The notes beneath the pieces are model-generated. The model was not told where the DNA came from, searched no databases, and saw only the letters and a program-made list of their open reading frames with translations. 64,000 nucleotides of DNA from Callorhinchus milii (taxonomy: Eukaryota), in assembly GCF_018977255.1 (NCBI RefSeq), contig NW_024704742.1, positions 39,496,001-39,560,000 on the forward strand. Direction: 5' to 3'. Position numbers and translations under genes: made by a program. Below, in pieces: positions 23,689 to 37,500 of the stretch (the first letter of the stretch is position 1; each line of letters starts with the position of its first letter).

Positions 23689-25490
23689 TCAAAGAGAAAG
23701 GTTTTGAGACCGGCCTTGAAGGAGGAAAGGGAGGAAGCAAGGCGAAGGCACTGGGGGATGGAGTTCCAGAGCCTGGGGCTGAGAGGCTGAAGGCCCGACC
23801 ACCGATGGTAGGGCGGTTGGGGCGGGGGACGTGGAGCAGACCGGAGCCAGAGGAACGGAGGGTACGGGCAGGTAGGTAGGGGGATAGTAGGTTGGAGAGG
23901 TAAGAGGGAGCAAGGCCGTGAATGGCCTTGTAGGTGAGGATGAGGATCTTGAAATCAATCCTCTGGGGGATGGGGAGCCAGTGGAGGCGAGCGAGGGTGG
24001 GAGTGATGTGGTCCGAAGCCTGGTGCGGGACAGTACACGAGCTGCAGAGTTCTGAATGACCTGCAGCTTGTGGAGGGAGGTGGCGGGAAGGCCGGCGAGG
24101 AGAGAGTTCCCATAGTCCAGCCTTGAGGTGACAAAGGCGTGGACCAGGGTTTCAGCAGCGTGAGGGGTGAGGTAGTGCCGTAGTCTGGCGATGTTCCGGA
24201 GGTGATGGAAGGCGGTGCCAGTTGTGGTGCGGATGTGAGGGAGAAAGGACAGCTCAGGGTCGAACAAAACGCCGAGGTTCCTGACTGGCTTTGAGAGGTG
24301 GAGAGTGCAGCCTTGGATGCTGATGGTGTCAGCGCCTGAGGTGCGGAGGCGCTGACGTGAGCCAATCAGGAGGGCCTCGGTTTTTCGCACGTTGAGCTGA
24401 AGAAAGTTGTCTCTCGTCCAGGACTCGATGTCGGACAGGCAGGCTGTCAGGACATCGGTGGTCGTGGAGTTGAGAGTAGAGGAGGAAAGGTAGAGTTGGG
24501 TGTCATCCGCATACATGTGGAAGTTAACTCCATGTCTGCGGATGATGTCACCAAGGGGGAGCATATAGAGGGTGAAGAGGAGGGGACCGAGGACAGAGCC
24601 CTGAGGGACACCACATGAGACAGTACGGGGGGTGGAGGAGAAGCCATTCGTCGAGACGAAATGAAGACGGTGAGAAAGGTACGACCTAAACCATTCAAGG
24701 ACAGTGCCTTGAAGGTTGAGGTGGGAGGACAAGCGGTGGAGTAGGATAGCGTGGTCGACCGTATCGAATGCTGCCGATAGGTCGAGGAGGACGAGGAGAC
24801 AGAGGGAGCCCTGGTCACAGATGGTCAGGATATCATTGGTGACCTTGACCAGGGCAGTTTCTGTGCTATGGGCAGCACGGAAACCTGACTGAAGGGGTTC
24901 AAAAAGAGAATGGGTGGAAAGGAAAGAGCGCAGTTGGGAGGCGACAACTCTTTCCAAGACCTTGGAGAGAAAGGGGAGGTTGGAGATGGGCCGGTAGCTT
25001 GATAGCTGCGACGCATCAAGGGAGGGTTTTTTCAGGGTGGGCGTGATGATGGCAGTTTTTAATGGAATGGGGACAGAGCCAGAGGAGAGGGACAGGTTGA
25101 TGATGTCAGTGATATGTGGGGCAAGAAAGTGGAGCTGGGAGATAAGGAGTGGAGTGGGGATGGGGTCAAGGGAGCAGGTGGTTGGTTTTAGGGATAGGAT
25201 GAGTTCAGTGACAGAGGGTGGGGAAACGGGTACGAAGGTGTGTAGGGGAGGATGGGTAGGAGTCGGAGTGTGGGAGGGAAGGGGTGGGTGGTGGGTGGAA
25301 GTTGGAGGGGAAGTGACCGCGGAGCGGATTCCCTTGATCTTGGATTCAAGGAAATCCAGCATCTCCTCGCAGTGAAGGTTGGAGGAGATGACCTGCGCGG
25401 GGTGGCGGGGGGGACGGAGGAGTCGGGTTGTGGTGGAAAACAGTAGCCTGGGGTTGTTCTTCGCCTCCAGGATTATCCTGGAGTAGAAGG
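23689..25490 (-). pseudogene. L2 ORF2 reverse transcriptase remnant (no endonuclease domain; 1-bp frameshift near 24012)
   Basis: RT motifs are intact. After RTRLR the frame departs from the [14 protein letters not shown] sequence seen in sister copies (compare 39133-39190). Confidence 0.9.
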
Positions 25491-25649
25491 ACGTATGCAG
25501 TCATGCAGTAATTGCAAGAATAATGATTTAAATTCTGTAGCATATTTTCATCTATGTTATTTTGGTGGAGCTGGTTCTAATATCACTCACAAAGCAAGTA
25601 TTGTATATGTGTATATGTATGTCTGTACTCTTTAAACATTTTTTTGGTG

Positions 25650-25855
25650 CTTTCACCACTATCCACCAAAACTATGGAACTCTCTGCTTGAATCCCTCTA
25701 CCTCCTCCTTGCCCAGCTTCAGATTACACCTGAAGACCTTTATCTTCGACCATGCATATGGTCACCTCCCCCTTTCCCTAGCTCGACTACTGTTAAGCTC
25801 TCCGAGACACCACCCCATGTGAAGGGCACTTTATAAGTGCAAGTTGTTGTTGTTG
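25650..25855 (+). mobile_element. L2 3' end
   Basis: FRLHLKTFIFDHAY; tail gcaagttgttgttgttg. Confidence 0.8.
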
Positions 25856-27185
25856 CATGAATTTCAGTTATTGCCATTCAAATTCTGGTCCAAGCTTTAT
25901 CAATATTTATCAATAATCTGACCAATATTTAGATCTTGCTACTTTATGACAGCCAACAGTGTTGACATTTCCCAACATGATTTACATTTTCCCCAAGTTT
26001 TACCGATGTGTACGCCTATCCACCGCCTATCCCAGGGAGGGGCAGGGGAGGTAAGTGGAAACTCCTTGGGTCTGAGCTTGCTCCAAGGTGACATATTTGT
26101 CAGTGGAATGTCAATATCAAGTAGATCCTCTGTGGCAGCTTGGGTATTTTGTTTCCTGAGCCAGAGGGGTCCGCAGTATGTCAAGGCTACCTAGTCTGAC
26201 TGATGTCAGACCAGTTGGCCTGACTTGTCAGCAGGACTTCAAGGGACAGATCAGTCACTGGGGTAGGGATATTTTCCATTCCGTTCCTATGAACCCTGCA
26301 AGCCAAAACTCCAATGAGTAGAGTGGTCCTAGTAGGACAAACAATGAGAGACTGAATCCTTACCTACCTTCATCCCTTGTCCACATATTCACAAGTTTGT
26401 CCAGTAGGGACTACTGGATAACAATCTAGAAGCCAAAAAAACTGTCTGTTTACCTTTTCCTAGTTTGCAACATTGAGGTCAACTGTAGCACTTTTATTAC
26501 CATAAAGTGTTTTAGTATTAATCACGTTTAATACTCAAGAAGCAGTCTAACCAAAACATCCTCTGTCAGCAATGCAACATACTTTGAGCCACTACACTTC
26601 ATGGAATCAACAAAATATTACGCCTGATAAAACAACTGCAGCAAATTAAAACAAAATACAATAAAAAAAACTGTTTTGGTTGATATTGTATCGTCTGAAG
26701 TTGTCCAAACTTCCCCAAGGACCTCATAGGATTTACTGTCTTTAAAGTGTAGTGATTGTTTATATGTAGGCAACATTTAAAAAAAAATTAGTGTTTGGCA
26801 ATCAGATGCAATACTTTGTTTCACTCTTTTAACAAAAAGTAAAGATGTCCAAAGTCCATAAAGGGCTGAGTGTGCCAGCTCACTTACATAATGTCACTGC
26901 AGGACTTTTAATGAAAGTTGGTTATTAGTGAAGAGTACAAACAGAAATAATCAGTAATATTCTGTACAACTAGACTTTATCCCACAATACATGTATTTAG
27001 TTCCTAGAACCAGGAGTCCTAGACTCTAGCTTGGAAGAAGGTGGCCAGTCAATTCAGATTAAATTATTTTACAGGGTGGTGAACATGCAGAATATGCAAT
27101 CCAAGGTGATAAATTATGTCACCAAATTAGGAGGAAATTTGATAGCTATTTGGTGAAAAAATTAATGGAGGAGCATGAAAGATAG

Positions 27186-27362
27186 ATAATAATATTCCGT
27201 GCATTTGATATCGCGCTTTATCACATCTTCAAGATGTCTCAAAGCTTTAGGCAAGTTTCAAAGTAAGGAAACTTGCCTAAGGTTTTGCCCCACCCGGGAA
27301 TTGAACCTGGGTCCTCTGGTTTGTGAGACGAACACGCTAACCACTGTGCTATGGGACTCCAC
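27186..27362 (-). mobile_element. SINE head fused directly to tail (internal deletion)
   Basis: tRNA-like head with A/B boxes, then gcatttgatatcgcgctttatcac tail. Confidence 0.82.
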
Positions 27363-28345
27363 ATTAAAAAGAGATGAGGGAGAAAGAGAGAGAGGGAAAG
27401 TAAGAGCAGCCTGCTTTGAGACACAGCTACATTGGGGTGAAGGGTTTATATCAGAACAAGTTGGTGTAATTGGAGTATCAAGTGTTTACTAAATACAGAA
27501 GATATGAAATGCAGATGTTATCACATTGGCGGATGACTACTGGAGATAGAGACATCAAAGAGAAAGAAACAGAAGATACGTGAACTTAAATGTTGATAGA
27601 GATCTGCATGATTGCTCTGACATGCACTGATTCATTAGATTGAGGTTTGATAACTGCATGGTCTATAACCTGTGTGAGAAGTTGAAACAGGATTTATAAT
27701 GTCATGTAGTTAGGAGTTATATTTCAGTGGTGTAAGTAAAGGTGAGTGAAGCACTCCCTTATCTGCTTCTGGCACTTTTCATATCCAAAGTGGTGCAACG
27801 ATGGGTTTCAATCATGCAGCAATGTCAAACAGTGTTTCTTTCTGTTCCATTCAGGAGGGAAAATAACTACATCAGCACTTTTCCCCACTCTCCTCCCTGC
27901 CAGTAGCAGATGAGAACCAGAAAGGAACTTCTTTACCAATGCTGGTTTTCCCAAAATTCTGTGATGCATTGGGGTTGTAGTTTAGCAAAAATTATGAAAA
28001 CATAGAGAAATGATCACCTATATTTTTAGCAGTCAGTATTAGGTGCACCTCACTAATTATAGCTAAATGCTTATTTGAGGATAACTTAGGAGTAAACCTG
28101 TTCAGACGGGAAAGGTTCCCATTCAGCGAATGCAGGTGGAATGCTAGGAATCTCATTATTTCACTTTTCCCCACGTTAGTCTCCAGTTCTTTATGACTAT
28201 CTCTTTGCAAGTAGAGTAGTGCCTGAACATTTGTTGCTTGGTGAGAAAGAATTTTATAGAATCACTATATTGCAATTTTTATTTCATTTTTAGTTTCATT
28301 TACTCTTTGAAAGTAGTTCTGAAAGTATGCTGTGGTGTGTTTCAA

Positions 28346-29275
28346 AACAGCAACAACAACAAAATTACATTTGTATAGCGCCTTTCACATCGGGAGGACG
28401 TCCCAAGGTGCTGGACAGTCAAACTTTTGGACCCAAGCTGGGGGTTGGGATTGGGGAGGGTGGAGGGCAGGGGGGGAAGCAGGGTGCTCGAAAGCACAGG
28501 CGAGGAGGAGGGACTTGAGATGGGTCTTGAAGAAGGCAAGGGAGGGCGTGAGGCGGAGGCACTGCGGGATGGAGTTCCAGAAGGTGGGGGCAGAGTGGCA
28601 GAAGGCCCGCTCATCAATGATGGGGCAGGCAAGGTGGGTGACATGAAGCCCACTGAGTGGAGGGAGTGGGCAGGATGGTAGAGGGTTAGGAGGTTACAGA
28701 GGTAGGGGGCAGCAAGACCATGGAGGCCTTTGAAGTTGAGGACCAGGATCTTGAATTGTATCCTCTGTGTGATGGAAAGCCAGTGGAGTCAAGCAGGGAA
28801 GGGGGTGATAGGGTCATGGAGCCTGGTGCAGGAGAGGACACTGGTTGCAGAGTTCTGAATGAACTGCAGCCTATGGAGGAAAGTGTTGCGGAGGCCGACA
28901 ATCAAGGAGTTTGCATAGTCAAGCCTTGATGTAATGAATGTGTCCATGAGGGTTTCGGTGGCCTGCGGTGCATGACAGTGGTGGAGCCAAGCGATGTCGT
29001 GGAGGTGGGGGAAGGCAGAGCGGGTCATGGCGCAGATGTGGGGTAGAAAGGATAGTTGAGGTTCAAACAAGATGCCAAGGTTCCGGCCTGGCTTAGCAAG
29101 GTGGAGTGTGCAACCATGGATGGTGACGCTCAGGTGTGGAGGTGCTGACAGGAGCCAATCAGGGGAGCCTTGGTCTTGTTGATGCTCAACTGAAGAAAGT
29201 TCGCTCTCATCCAAGACTTAATGTCTGACAGACATTCTGTCAGGACAGCAGTGTTCCTGGAGTCAATGATGGAGC
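28346..29275 (-). mobile_element. L2 3' fragment
   Basis: RNLGILFEPQLSF...SRLDYANSL; L2 tail. Confidence 0.92.
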
Positions 29276-29482
29276 CTCCAGCAACCCTCCAGGACTATGT
29301 CCAAGTGACCATTCTTTAAATGTATGGTAAGTGACAGTGAGGAGAAGTCACCACAGTCAAATCTGGTGCTGCTTGACCCAATATTTACATTTCCTTTTAG
29401 TTTATATTGCTCAAACTGGTTTTTAAGCAGGTATGTGCCAAATTCCCAAACCTGAGCACAGGGGAAATGCAGTGAGACGTGT

Positions 29483-29690
29483 CAACAACAACAACAAGAT
29501 TCCATTTATAGAGCGCCTTTCACGTCGAGAGGACGTCCCAAGGCGCTGTACAGTTGGGTCAGGACCCGAGCAAGGGGGAAATGGTCAGGGTGAGGGGAAG
29601 GAAGGGAGGGAGCGAGGAGGGGGTAGAGAGTCGAGAGGGGAGCTGAAGGCACGGTCAAAGAGAAAGGTCTTGAGACCGGCCTTGAAGGAG
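29483..29690 (-). mobile_element. L2 3' terminal fragment, young subfamily
   Basis: Near-identical to the 3'UTR at 23428-23725; CAA repeats on + strand. Confidence 0.92.
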
Positions 29691-29701
29691 TCAAAGTACA
29701 T

Positions 29702-30600
29702 TATAGAATCATAGAATCATAGAATTGTACAGCACAAAAAGAGGCCATTCGGCCAATCAAGTTTGTGCCGGCTCTTTGAATAGAGCAATTAATGTCAATC
29801 CCACTCCCTAGCCCTTTCCCCATAACCCTGCAAACCCGTCCTCCTCAAATACCCATCCACCACGTTCATAAAAGTAGTTATCGAATCGGCCTCCACCACC
29901 CTTTCAGGCAATGTGTTCCAGATTCAAACAACTCGCTGGGTGAAAACATTTCTTCTCACCTCCCCTCTGCTTCTTTTAGATACTATTTTGAATCTGTGAC
30001 CTTGAGTCACCGACACACCCACCAGTGGAAACAGTTTTTCTCTTTCTAACCTATCAAATCCCCTAATGATTTTGAAGACCTCTATTAGGTCTCCTCGTAA
30101 CCTTCTCTGCTCCAATGAGAATAATCTCAGCCTCTCCAGCCTTTCTTCATAATCAAGGTCCCTCATTCCTGGAACCATCCTCGTAAATCTCCTCTGCACC
30201 CTTTCCAATGCCTTAACATCCTTCCTATAGTGTGGTGCCCAGAACTGGGTGCAGTATTCTAACTGAGGCCTAACCAGTGTTTTATATAGGTTAATGACTC
30301 TTGTACTCTATGCCCCTATTTATAAAGCCTAGAATCCCGGTTGCCCTTTTTACAGCCTTGTCTACCTGTCCTGCCACCTTCAAGGATTCATTTACCTGCA
30401 CCCCTAGGTCTCTCTGTTCTTTTACCCCCCTTAAGATTGTATTACCAGCCTGTATTGCCTCCCCTCATTCTTTCTACCAAAATGCATTACTTCGCATTTC
30501 TCTACATTGAAACTCATCTGCCATGCGTCTGCCCATTTTACCATTCTGTCTATGTCTTCCTGCAGTTGGCTCCTATCCTTCTCACTGTTTACCACCCTAC
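29702..30600 (-). mobile_element. CR1 LINE 3' fragment
   Basis: ERVQRRFTRMVPGMRDLDYEERLERLRLFSLEQRRLRGDLIEVFKI; (ATTCTATG)n tail read as atagaatcatagaatcatagaat on +. Confidence 0.96.
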
Positions 30601-31062
30601 CTAATTACTAGCTAATGAGTGCACATTTGGGATTAGAATATTATAGCCCTGTTTCCGGGGATTATGTTTCACAGAGAAGTGCTCACGCAATACCATTGAA
30701 CAGGTCTGCAGTTTTCCCTGTGGTATCCACATGTCAATTCTGTGTAGAATTATGATAGATCTGCCACAATGAAACTGTGTCTGGTGTGAAATACAGGCAG
30801 ATAGCCCTAGGGAATCAAGCAGGGTTATATCAAGTGACATTTACTATATATTGGTCATTGTAACATTAGCCACACTGATCCCCAAGAAATACTGTAAATA
30901 ATATTGATGGACGCGCTAACAGGACCATTGCCTGCATAATCTGTGAGAAATGTTGTTGTTAACCTATTTCTTCTCCGTTCTTTCTTAGAATAAATCAAGG
31001 CTATGGGGAGAGTATATATGCTTTGCAAATATTTCACAAGTGTTAAGTGGGGTGAAAATGCA

Positions 31063-31295
31063 GGCAATTTTCTTACTCCACACACCTTTGTTTACCGAGC
31101 AGTAAGTAAGTAAGAACCGGGTTATTAGTCTCTATTGGCAGATCGTTTTCTGGGGGTAAAAATCCCTGTAAATAAAAAAATGGTATAATAAGAACAATTT
31201 GGTCACTCAATCCATGACTGTTTGTGGGACACCGCTGCATGCAATTGGCTGCCACGTTTCACCCACAAAATATACAGTCAATTCACTTTACTGTA
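31063..31295 (+). mobile_element. tRNA-derived SINE, long subfamily, internal part
   Basis: ttactccacacacctttgtttaccgagcagtaag...ctgtttgtgggacac. Confidence 0.8.
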
Positions 31296-31414
31296 TCTTC
31301 CTTCTTTATTATGGAAAATGGCAACTAAATGGTTGTCATACATAGCATGTCTTGATTCACACAAAATGATGATAGGGAGGTGCAGAAGGACATTCTTTCT
31401 CTATTGACTCATGC

Positions 31415-31670
31415 AATACAATAACAATACAATTTATATTTATATAGTGCCTTACACAACGGGAGGATGTCCCAATGTGTATTCATAGTGCTGGTTGAAA
31501 ACCTGAACTTGGGATGAGAACCTAGGTGGATGGGGAGGGAAAAGGTGACAGAAAGTACCATCAAAGAAGTACGTTTTGAGACATGCTGTTAAGAGGGAAA
31601 GATTCCAGGATGGAGTTCCAGAGAGCTCGGGTGGAATGGCTGGAAGTCTGCCTTCAATGGTGGGGGATAT
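31415..31670 (-). mobile_element. old L2 3' end
   Basis: tatagtgccttacacaacgggaggatgtcccaa; ggatggagttccagag. Confidence 0.75.
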
Positions 31671-33469
31671 GAACTCATTGTAACAAAGCTAAGGATTTTT
31701 AGCAACCATTGATTTGTAGCCCATCAGCTGCTTGTGTCACAAGAAACTTAAGATCCCTGGAACACTCAGCTCGGTTCACATTTTCGAAAGGTCTTATCAT
31801 GAGCAAACCCTTATTTTTCCTCTGGATTGGTCATTGGTGGTGTGCAGTGGTATGTGTAACTATGTTTTGTATTGGTACTCCTTCAGATAGTATGGGCAGG
31901 ATGAATTCGATTGATCTGGTAGTCTACAATGACTCACTGGCCTATGGGACCAAGATTGAGCTTGGATCTTCACGTTCGACTATATTGTATAGTTTACATT
32001 TAATCACTATATTGTAGTCACATTTCAGGCAGATTTGTAAAGAAAATTAAATGGTTGCTCTTTCAGGGCTCCTTGTGGGTGGTCTTTTCCTGTTTGGCAG
32101 CAGTGCATTCCATATGTGTTCAGTCAGTCTGTAAGCTGTAACAAAGATTGCTTTCTGTTAACCAGCAGTCTATTGACATGATTTGTGAACCTAAAGTCCA
32201 TTGCTGTGGACCCATTTTCACTGAGAACTGTGAGAGGGAAAGTCACAATTAGCACTTTGCAAACCTTGTGTGAACATTCAACTAATGTAGCTCCACCATC
32301 AGCAATCAAAGTATGTCTGCTTAAATGCACTCAGTTGTTGTATGCTTATGTAAGTACATCAGATGATTAATAAGTAGCCCTTCAATCACTTCTATATTCT
32401 ATAATAAATAGCCATGGTAAATGGTTTTCTTGTGCTGACTGAGTTCAACTTGGAATGACTGGGAAATGATTATTCCTTTAAGTAACTGATTTCAGGTTAA
32501 TTCTGGTTATGTGTTCAACAAGAAAAATCAGAATAATACCACAGTATTGACGATGGGCAAATGATCACATTGGAGTATTATATGTAGTGTGGGAGAGAAA
32601 TCAATAGGTTAAACAAGCTTTTTCTTGCCAATTTCCTTCCATTCAGTGTCCTTCTACTAGGGATATGATACCATTGTCATTAATCACGTTAAAATCTCAA
32701 GTTGCCACTTTTTATGTATCAGTCAAGAAAATGAGTGTTGGCATGCAATTTCACTGCACACGTATTACAGCTGAACCCAGTCTGGTAGTCACCCAGCATC
32801 CACACACCTCAAGCAGAGTCCCCAGTCAATGATCAAGAATAAAAACCCTGGTCGGTTTTCGCTTCCCTAACTCAGGCACCGAAGCCAATGGAGTTCCCTC
32901 ACTGACCATGTCCGATCAGCTAGCTCAGGACAGAGCAGAGCCCTCCACCCCATACAAAAGTAATCTCACAAAAAAACTAATACTTTGGTGTTAATATTTA
33001 GCAGATTTTTTTTATAAAGGAATATATTTTTCATTGTACATATTCTAATATGATTTTTTATTAACATAACTTATCAATGTCACCAGTATTAACTCAAATA
33101 ATATTTTATTATATATACTGTGTATTGTTCACCTACAAAACACACAGAATATTTGTGAAATGCTTTGGGGAGCATCCTCACAATATGAAAGGCACTATAC
33201 TAAGGTTTTGTTCCACTTTACTAAGGATTATTGTTGTTGTTTTAGAATCAACTAATATCAATTATATCAATTATTCTTGTGTAAACCTAAACCTCCAATT
33301 TTTATAGTGGAAAACAAAATTTGTTTTCGAAATAAAATAAACTCAGGATTCTCATCAGAATTCTCATTGCCAACATGATACACTTCAAAATAAAAATCCT
33401 GTGAAGTGTTTTGAGACAGTTTGATGAGGTACTAAGGTGCTCTATCAAATACAAGGATTATTTATTTTT

Positions 33470-33682
33470 AACAGTAGGGGGGGGGCAGAATATTTTTTCA
33501 CAAAAAAGTTTATTCAGAAATTGAATGTTTTGCTTCAAGTGGCTTTTGCCAAGAGTAATTGGGAATTGAACAAGTATTTGAAGAGAAAACAATAGAAAAG
33601 GGTACGGGGGGAAATACAGGGAATTAAGATTTCAGTGGCCTTTTCTGATCTGTTTTGCAATTGCTATGATTCTATTATTCTG
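33470..33682 (+). mobile_element. old CR1 3' end
   Basis: FFTKKV-like end, gacaagtatttga, ctatgattcta tail. Confidence 0.6.
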
Positions 33683-33724
33683 AATTATTAAATTTAAACT
33701 ATTAAATTATCAGGTTATCAAAAC

Positions 33725-33905
33725 ATGTCATCTCCATCATCTCCTTCAAGGTCCATCTCAAGATCCTCCTCTTTAACCGTACCTTCAGTCATCTTTCCCC
33801 TCCAAACCCACCCGCAGCTTGGGTTCCAAATCAGGACTGTCAGGCACCTTGGGATGTCCTCTTCATGTGATATTTACATCTATGCAGATATACATTTCTA
33901 TTGTA
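33725..33905 (+). mobile_element. L2 3' end
   Basis: ccttcaaggtccatctcaagatcctcctct...caccttgggatgtcctc. Confidence 0.75.
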
Positions 33906-34074
33906 GTAATTGTATTAGCTCTTCCCTTTATTGAAAGGTAAGATAAATAAAGCTATGAGTTATACTCAATAAAATATTGGTAATAATATCTAACATCTGA
34001 ATTAATTTGTTTTATTACAAAATTCAACTAATTCAAAACAACACTATTCACATTCTCATCCACAATAAACTCTG

Positions 34075-34510
34075 AACCTCCATTACCCCAGTCCTTGTCA
34101 AATTACATTGGCTCCGTCACAGAGAGGATCAATTTCAATATCCTCACTCTTGTATTTAAATCCCTTCAGGCCCTGACACCCCCTATCTCTCCAACCTGCT
34201 CTCTCCCTCTCTACCCGCTACCTCCGCTCGACTGGCTGTGGCCTCCTTCTTGTCCCACAGACCCTCCGCCCCACCATCATCAGCCGTGCTTTCAGCCACT
34301 ACACCCTGAAACTGTGGAACGCTCTCCCTCAAACCCTTCGCCTTCCCCCTCTCTCCCCATTTTCAGGTCATGCTTGAAGATCTTTCTCTTCGACCGTGCC
34401 TACAGTCAGCTTCCTCCTCTCCCTTGCTCGGCATCGGGCTCCGCCACTGTTAAGCGCTCCGAGACGTCGTCCAGCATGAAAGGTGCTATACGAATGCAAG
34501 TTGTTGTTAT
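34075..34510 (+). mobile_element. L2 3' fragment (second subfamily)
   Basis: ERINFNILTLVFKSL; FRSCLKIFLFDRAY; ends gcaagttgttgtt. Confidence 0.87.
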
Positions 34511-37500
34511 ACAAACACCTGAAAATTGTTCCGATGACACATTAACAAGTGAACTTTAATTTTTATTTTTCTGTGCAATGCAACCATGTGGTTTTGCTTC
34601 AACTGGGTACATTTTTGATAGTCAATCCGTAGTATAGCTTCCAGATGTTGACATGCCTATGGCTTACTGACATGCAGAAAAATGTTAAGAAACACAGAGT
34701 GAAATTATTTAAGACTTGACTTTAAAATGGCAACAGCGATTTCCTAAACGATTGTGTTTAAATTTGACATTGAGTGGGTGCACCCAATTCATTGTAATCG
34801 TAATAAAGTTTATATTATAATACTGGTCTGCAGACATGTTGAGAATAAGTCAGACAGAGTTCACCATAAATAAGCTGCAAGATTCAGCAAACCCAGTAAA
34901 TGGCATATTGTCCAATTGTGTCATATTATTCTTTTGTAAGAGAAGCAGAACAAACCAAGGTTAAGGATAGTCTTATTATGATGAATTACAGTTCAGTAAA
35001 ATCTCCTGTTTCAATGTGAGAAATATTATATACTGTAAGAGTCTGGCTGAGAGTTATCAATACAACATTGCATAAAAGCCAGAGGAAAATTATATCAATA
35101 AGAGGTAAATTTATGAAATTTACCTTATTTCTTATTTAACTCCAGCTGTTTTCACTGAGGTTTTTCCTAGAATCAGGGCAGGCTGAAAGACATATTTCTG
35201 GTTACTGGAAGGAGTCCCTTCTCTAATGTTTTAATTAAGAAATTCCATTAAGAAATGGTTTAACATTGACCTCATGTACTGTAACAATATTCTTTCAAAA
35301 TCAAAGGTACAAATATCAGAGTGGATTTTCTTTGGTCTGCTGGGAAAATCATGCTTAAGAGTTTACAGACATAGTTTCATATATGTATGGAAATTTCCAT
35401 TTGTCTGGAATGGAGTGTGTCCTTTCTTCCCAGGGCTACTAAACTAATCCTGGAAAGTATTAGGTGAAGATTGGCAAGAGCCAAGATCTGGGGACACCAA
35501 GTTTCCACTTAATTTATAAAACAGGGTGGTCCAGCCTTCTGGTAATTAAGGGATGGATGCCGGATTTGAGAAACGTCCGTGGACGCACCAGCAATATTTT
35601 TGTGTTCCCCTTCCAGAAACATAAGCTGTAAGAATCATAGAAATCCTATGGTTTAAATTGTGTTATTTAATTTCACTATATTTGAGGTAAATAAGACTGA
35701 TACAATACGTAGGCAAGGGAACCCCTGAACACAGCCATCGACGAGGTGTCAAAATTTAGAAACTCTAACAGAGCTACCAATCTTATAAAACTGCTGAGAC
35801 ATCCCACTAACCTCTGGTTTGAGTGGTGTTCCCCATGGTTCACATCTGATTACTGCAACAGTAGCTATTTGAGACTGTTACACTTACTGCATTTTAGACC
35901 CAAGTAACATCAGCCCAAGCATCTCTTGCACAACACATGCTATTGCCAACACTTTGTCTACTTCTATCATCACACTTACTAGTGCCATGTATCCTTCACT
36001 TCTAGAGCATACAAATTGTCCCATTATTAAGGGCCATGTCTGTTATTTATAATGAAATTGCCACTGGCATTCCTTCATTCATCAGTAACATCAACACATA
36101 TGGTAAAGAAAAGGACACTCAAACTGCCTTTAAAATACTGTGTCACTATTGCTACCATATTAGCCCTCTGTCAGCATAACATACTCAGAAAAATCCAACA
36201 GCCCAATATACAAATATTTCCAGCAACAGCAGTAAACCTAACTTCAAGAAGTTGCAAGAAATACCTGCATTGCATATTACTAATGAGATGCTGGATCATT
36301 GTGCAGTTTGATGCTGTTGGAGTTAATGGCATGCCTAAGGAGTGCTGTAGAAAACTTAGAAACAAAAGTTCTGTTGACAGTCCTGACTTCAAAACTGATC
36401 ACAGTGGAATACAATGCAAAGACCTGGGGAGCAAAAGGAAATGTGCAACACTGATCCCTTTAGTATTGTAACTGACAGTAAAGTGGGGCTGACAGGTAAA
36501 TATTCCCGTGGGACATTTCATTTCCATAACAAACAATGTCATCTTATCCAATATGAGAAGAGCAACTAAGAGTACGATAGGGAACTGTTTTTGGACAGAA
36601 TATATCTACCACTCTTCTGAAAGGATTAGCGTATAATTGCAGGAGGCAAGCAACCTGCAGACAATCAACAGCTGCTGTACAGAACCATTGCAGATGGCAA
36701 TGCGGGAGTTAACCCAGGCATCTATCCCATTCAAATGACCTCAGGACTTTTGTCCCTTCCTGACGCATGACTGTTGACAGTTCAAGTTCTTTCCACTTTC
36801 TGCTGCCATGAGATCCATTGTTTTAAATAATCTAAGGAGGACACAATACTAAAATGTGTTCAGCAGTATCACAGACAAATTGGGGTGATTGAAGACATGC
36901 TTGGAATGCAGAAAAATCTACCTCTTTTATTTTATTAAATGGGTGGCTGAAGGATTTTTTCGTAAACTGAGGCACTATTTTATTTTTTTTAAACAGGCTG
37001 GGAAACAGCCAAGCACTTCCACAGGGGAGTCTGTCTGCTTAATAGAACAAGCTTTTAATTTAACTTCTTAATGTTTTGTGGCAGACGAGGAGACAACAAG
37101 GCTTGGTAAGTGTTGTAAAACACGGCCAACATTTCTCTCACATGTCACAGGAGTGCTGCACCCAGACGTAAGGGTACTGGGCAGGTTAATGTAGTTTTTT
37201 TCCACAAAATAATCATTAAAACTGACAGTGACAACCTATTTTTTTGGAAACTAGGTCATCTTATGCCTCTGCCAGGATGTAACATATTGCATGGAAACCG
37301 CAGGTACCACATAAATCTTGCCATTGCCACCTCACCTATCCAGGCAATACTCAGCCTTCATTTATTTTTCCAGATTCGTGGCATTATCTCATCCACCACA
37401 AATCTCTCACACTCTAACAACATCTGCCAGCCTTCTGCCAGCATTCACAGTCCTCCAAATAATATTGGTTCCTCACTTTATGGTTGTTTGTGGAAATTGC

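Larger units (their letters stand above)
23428..25490 (-). mobile_element. L2-clade LINE, 5'-truncated young copy (ORF2 RT + 3'UTR + (TTG)n tail)
   Basis: ORF 23689-25362 has [43 protein letters not shown] and YADD. The frame is open upstream to ~25490 ([15 protein letters not shown]). The 3' end carries the ACGTC-CTCCT-GACGT stem-loop and TTG repeats. CpG-rich. Confidence 0.97.

Noticed and set aside
23689..25362. 557-aa ORF as a host gene or novel RT system
   Set aside because: Ordinary L2 ORF2 fragment with a frameshift and LINE tail.
25465..25483. Palindrome ctccaggattatcctggag
   Set aside because: Lies within the L2 reading frame (SRIILE); no independent meaning evident.
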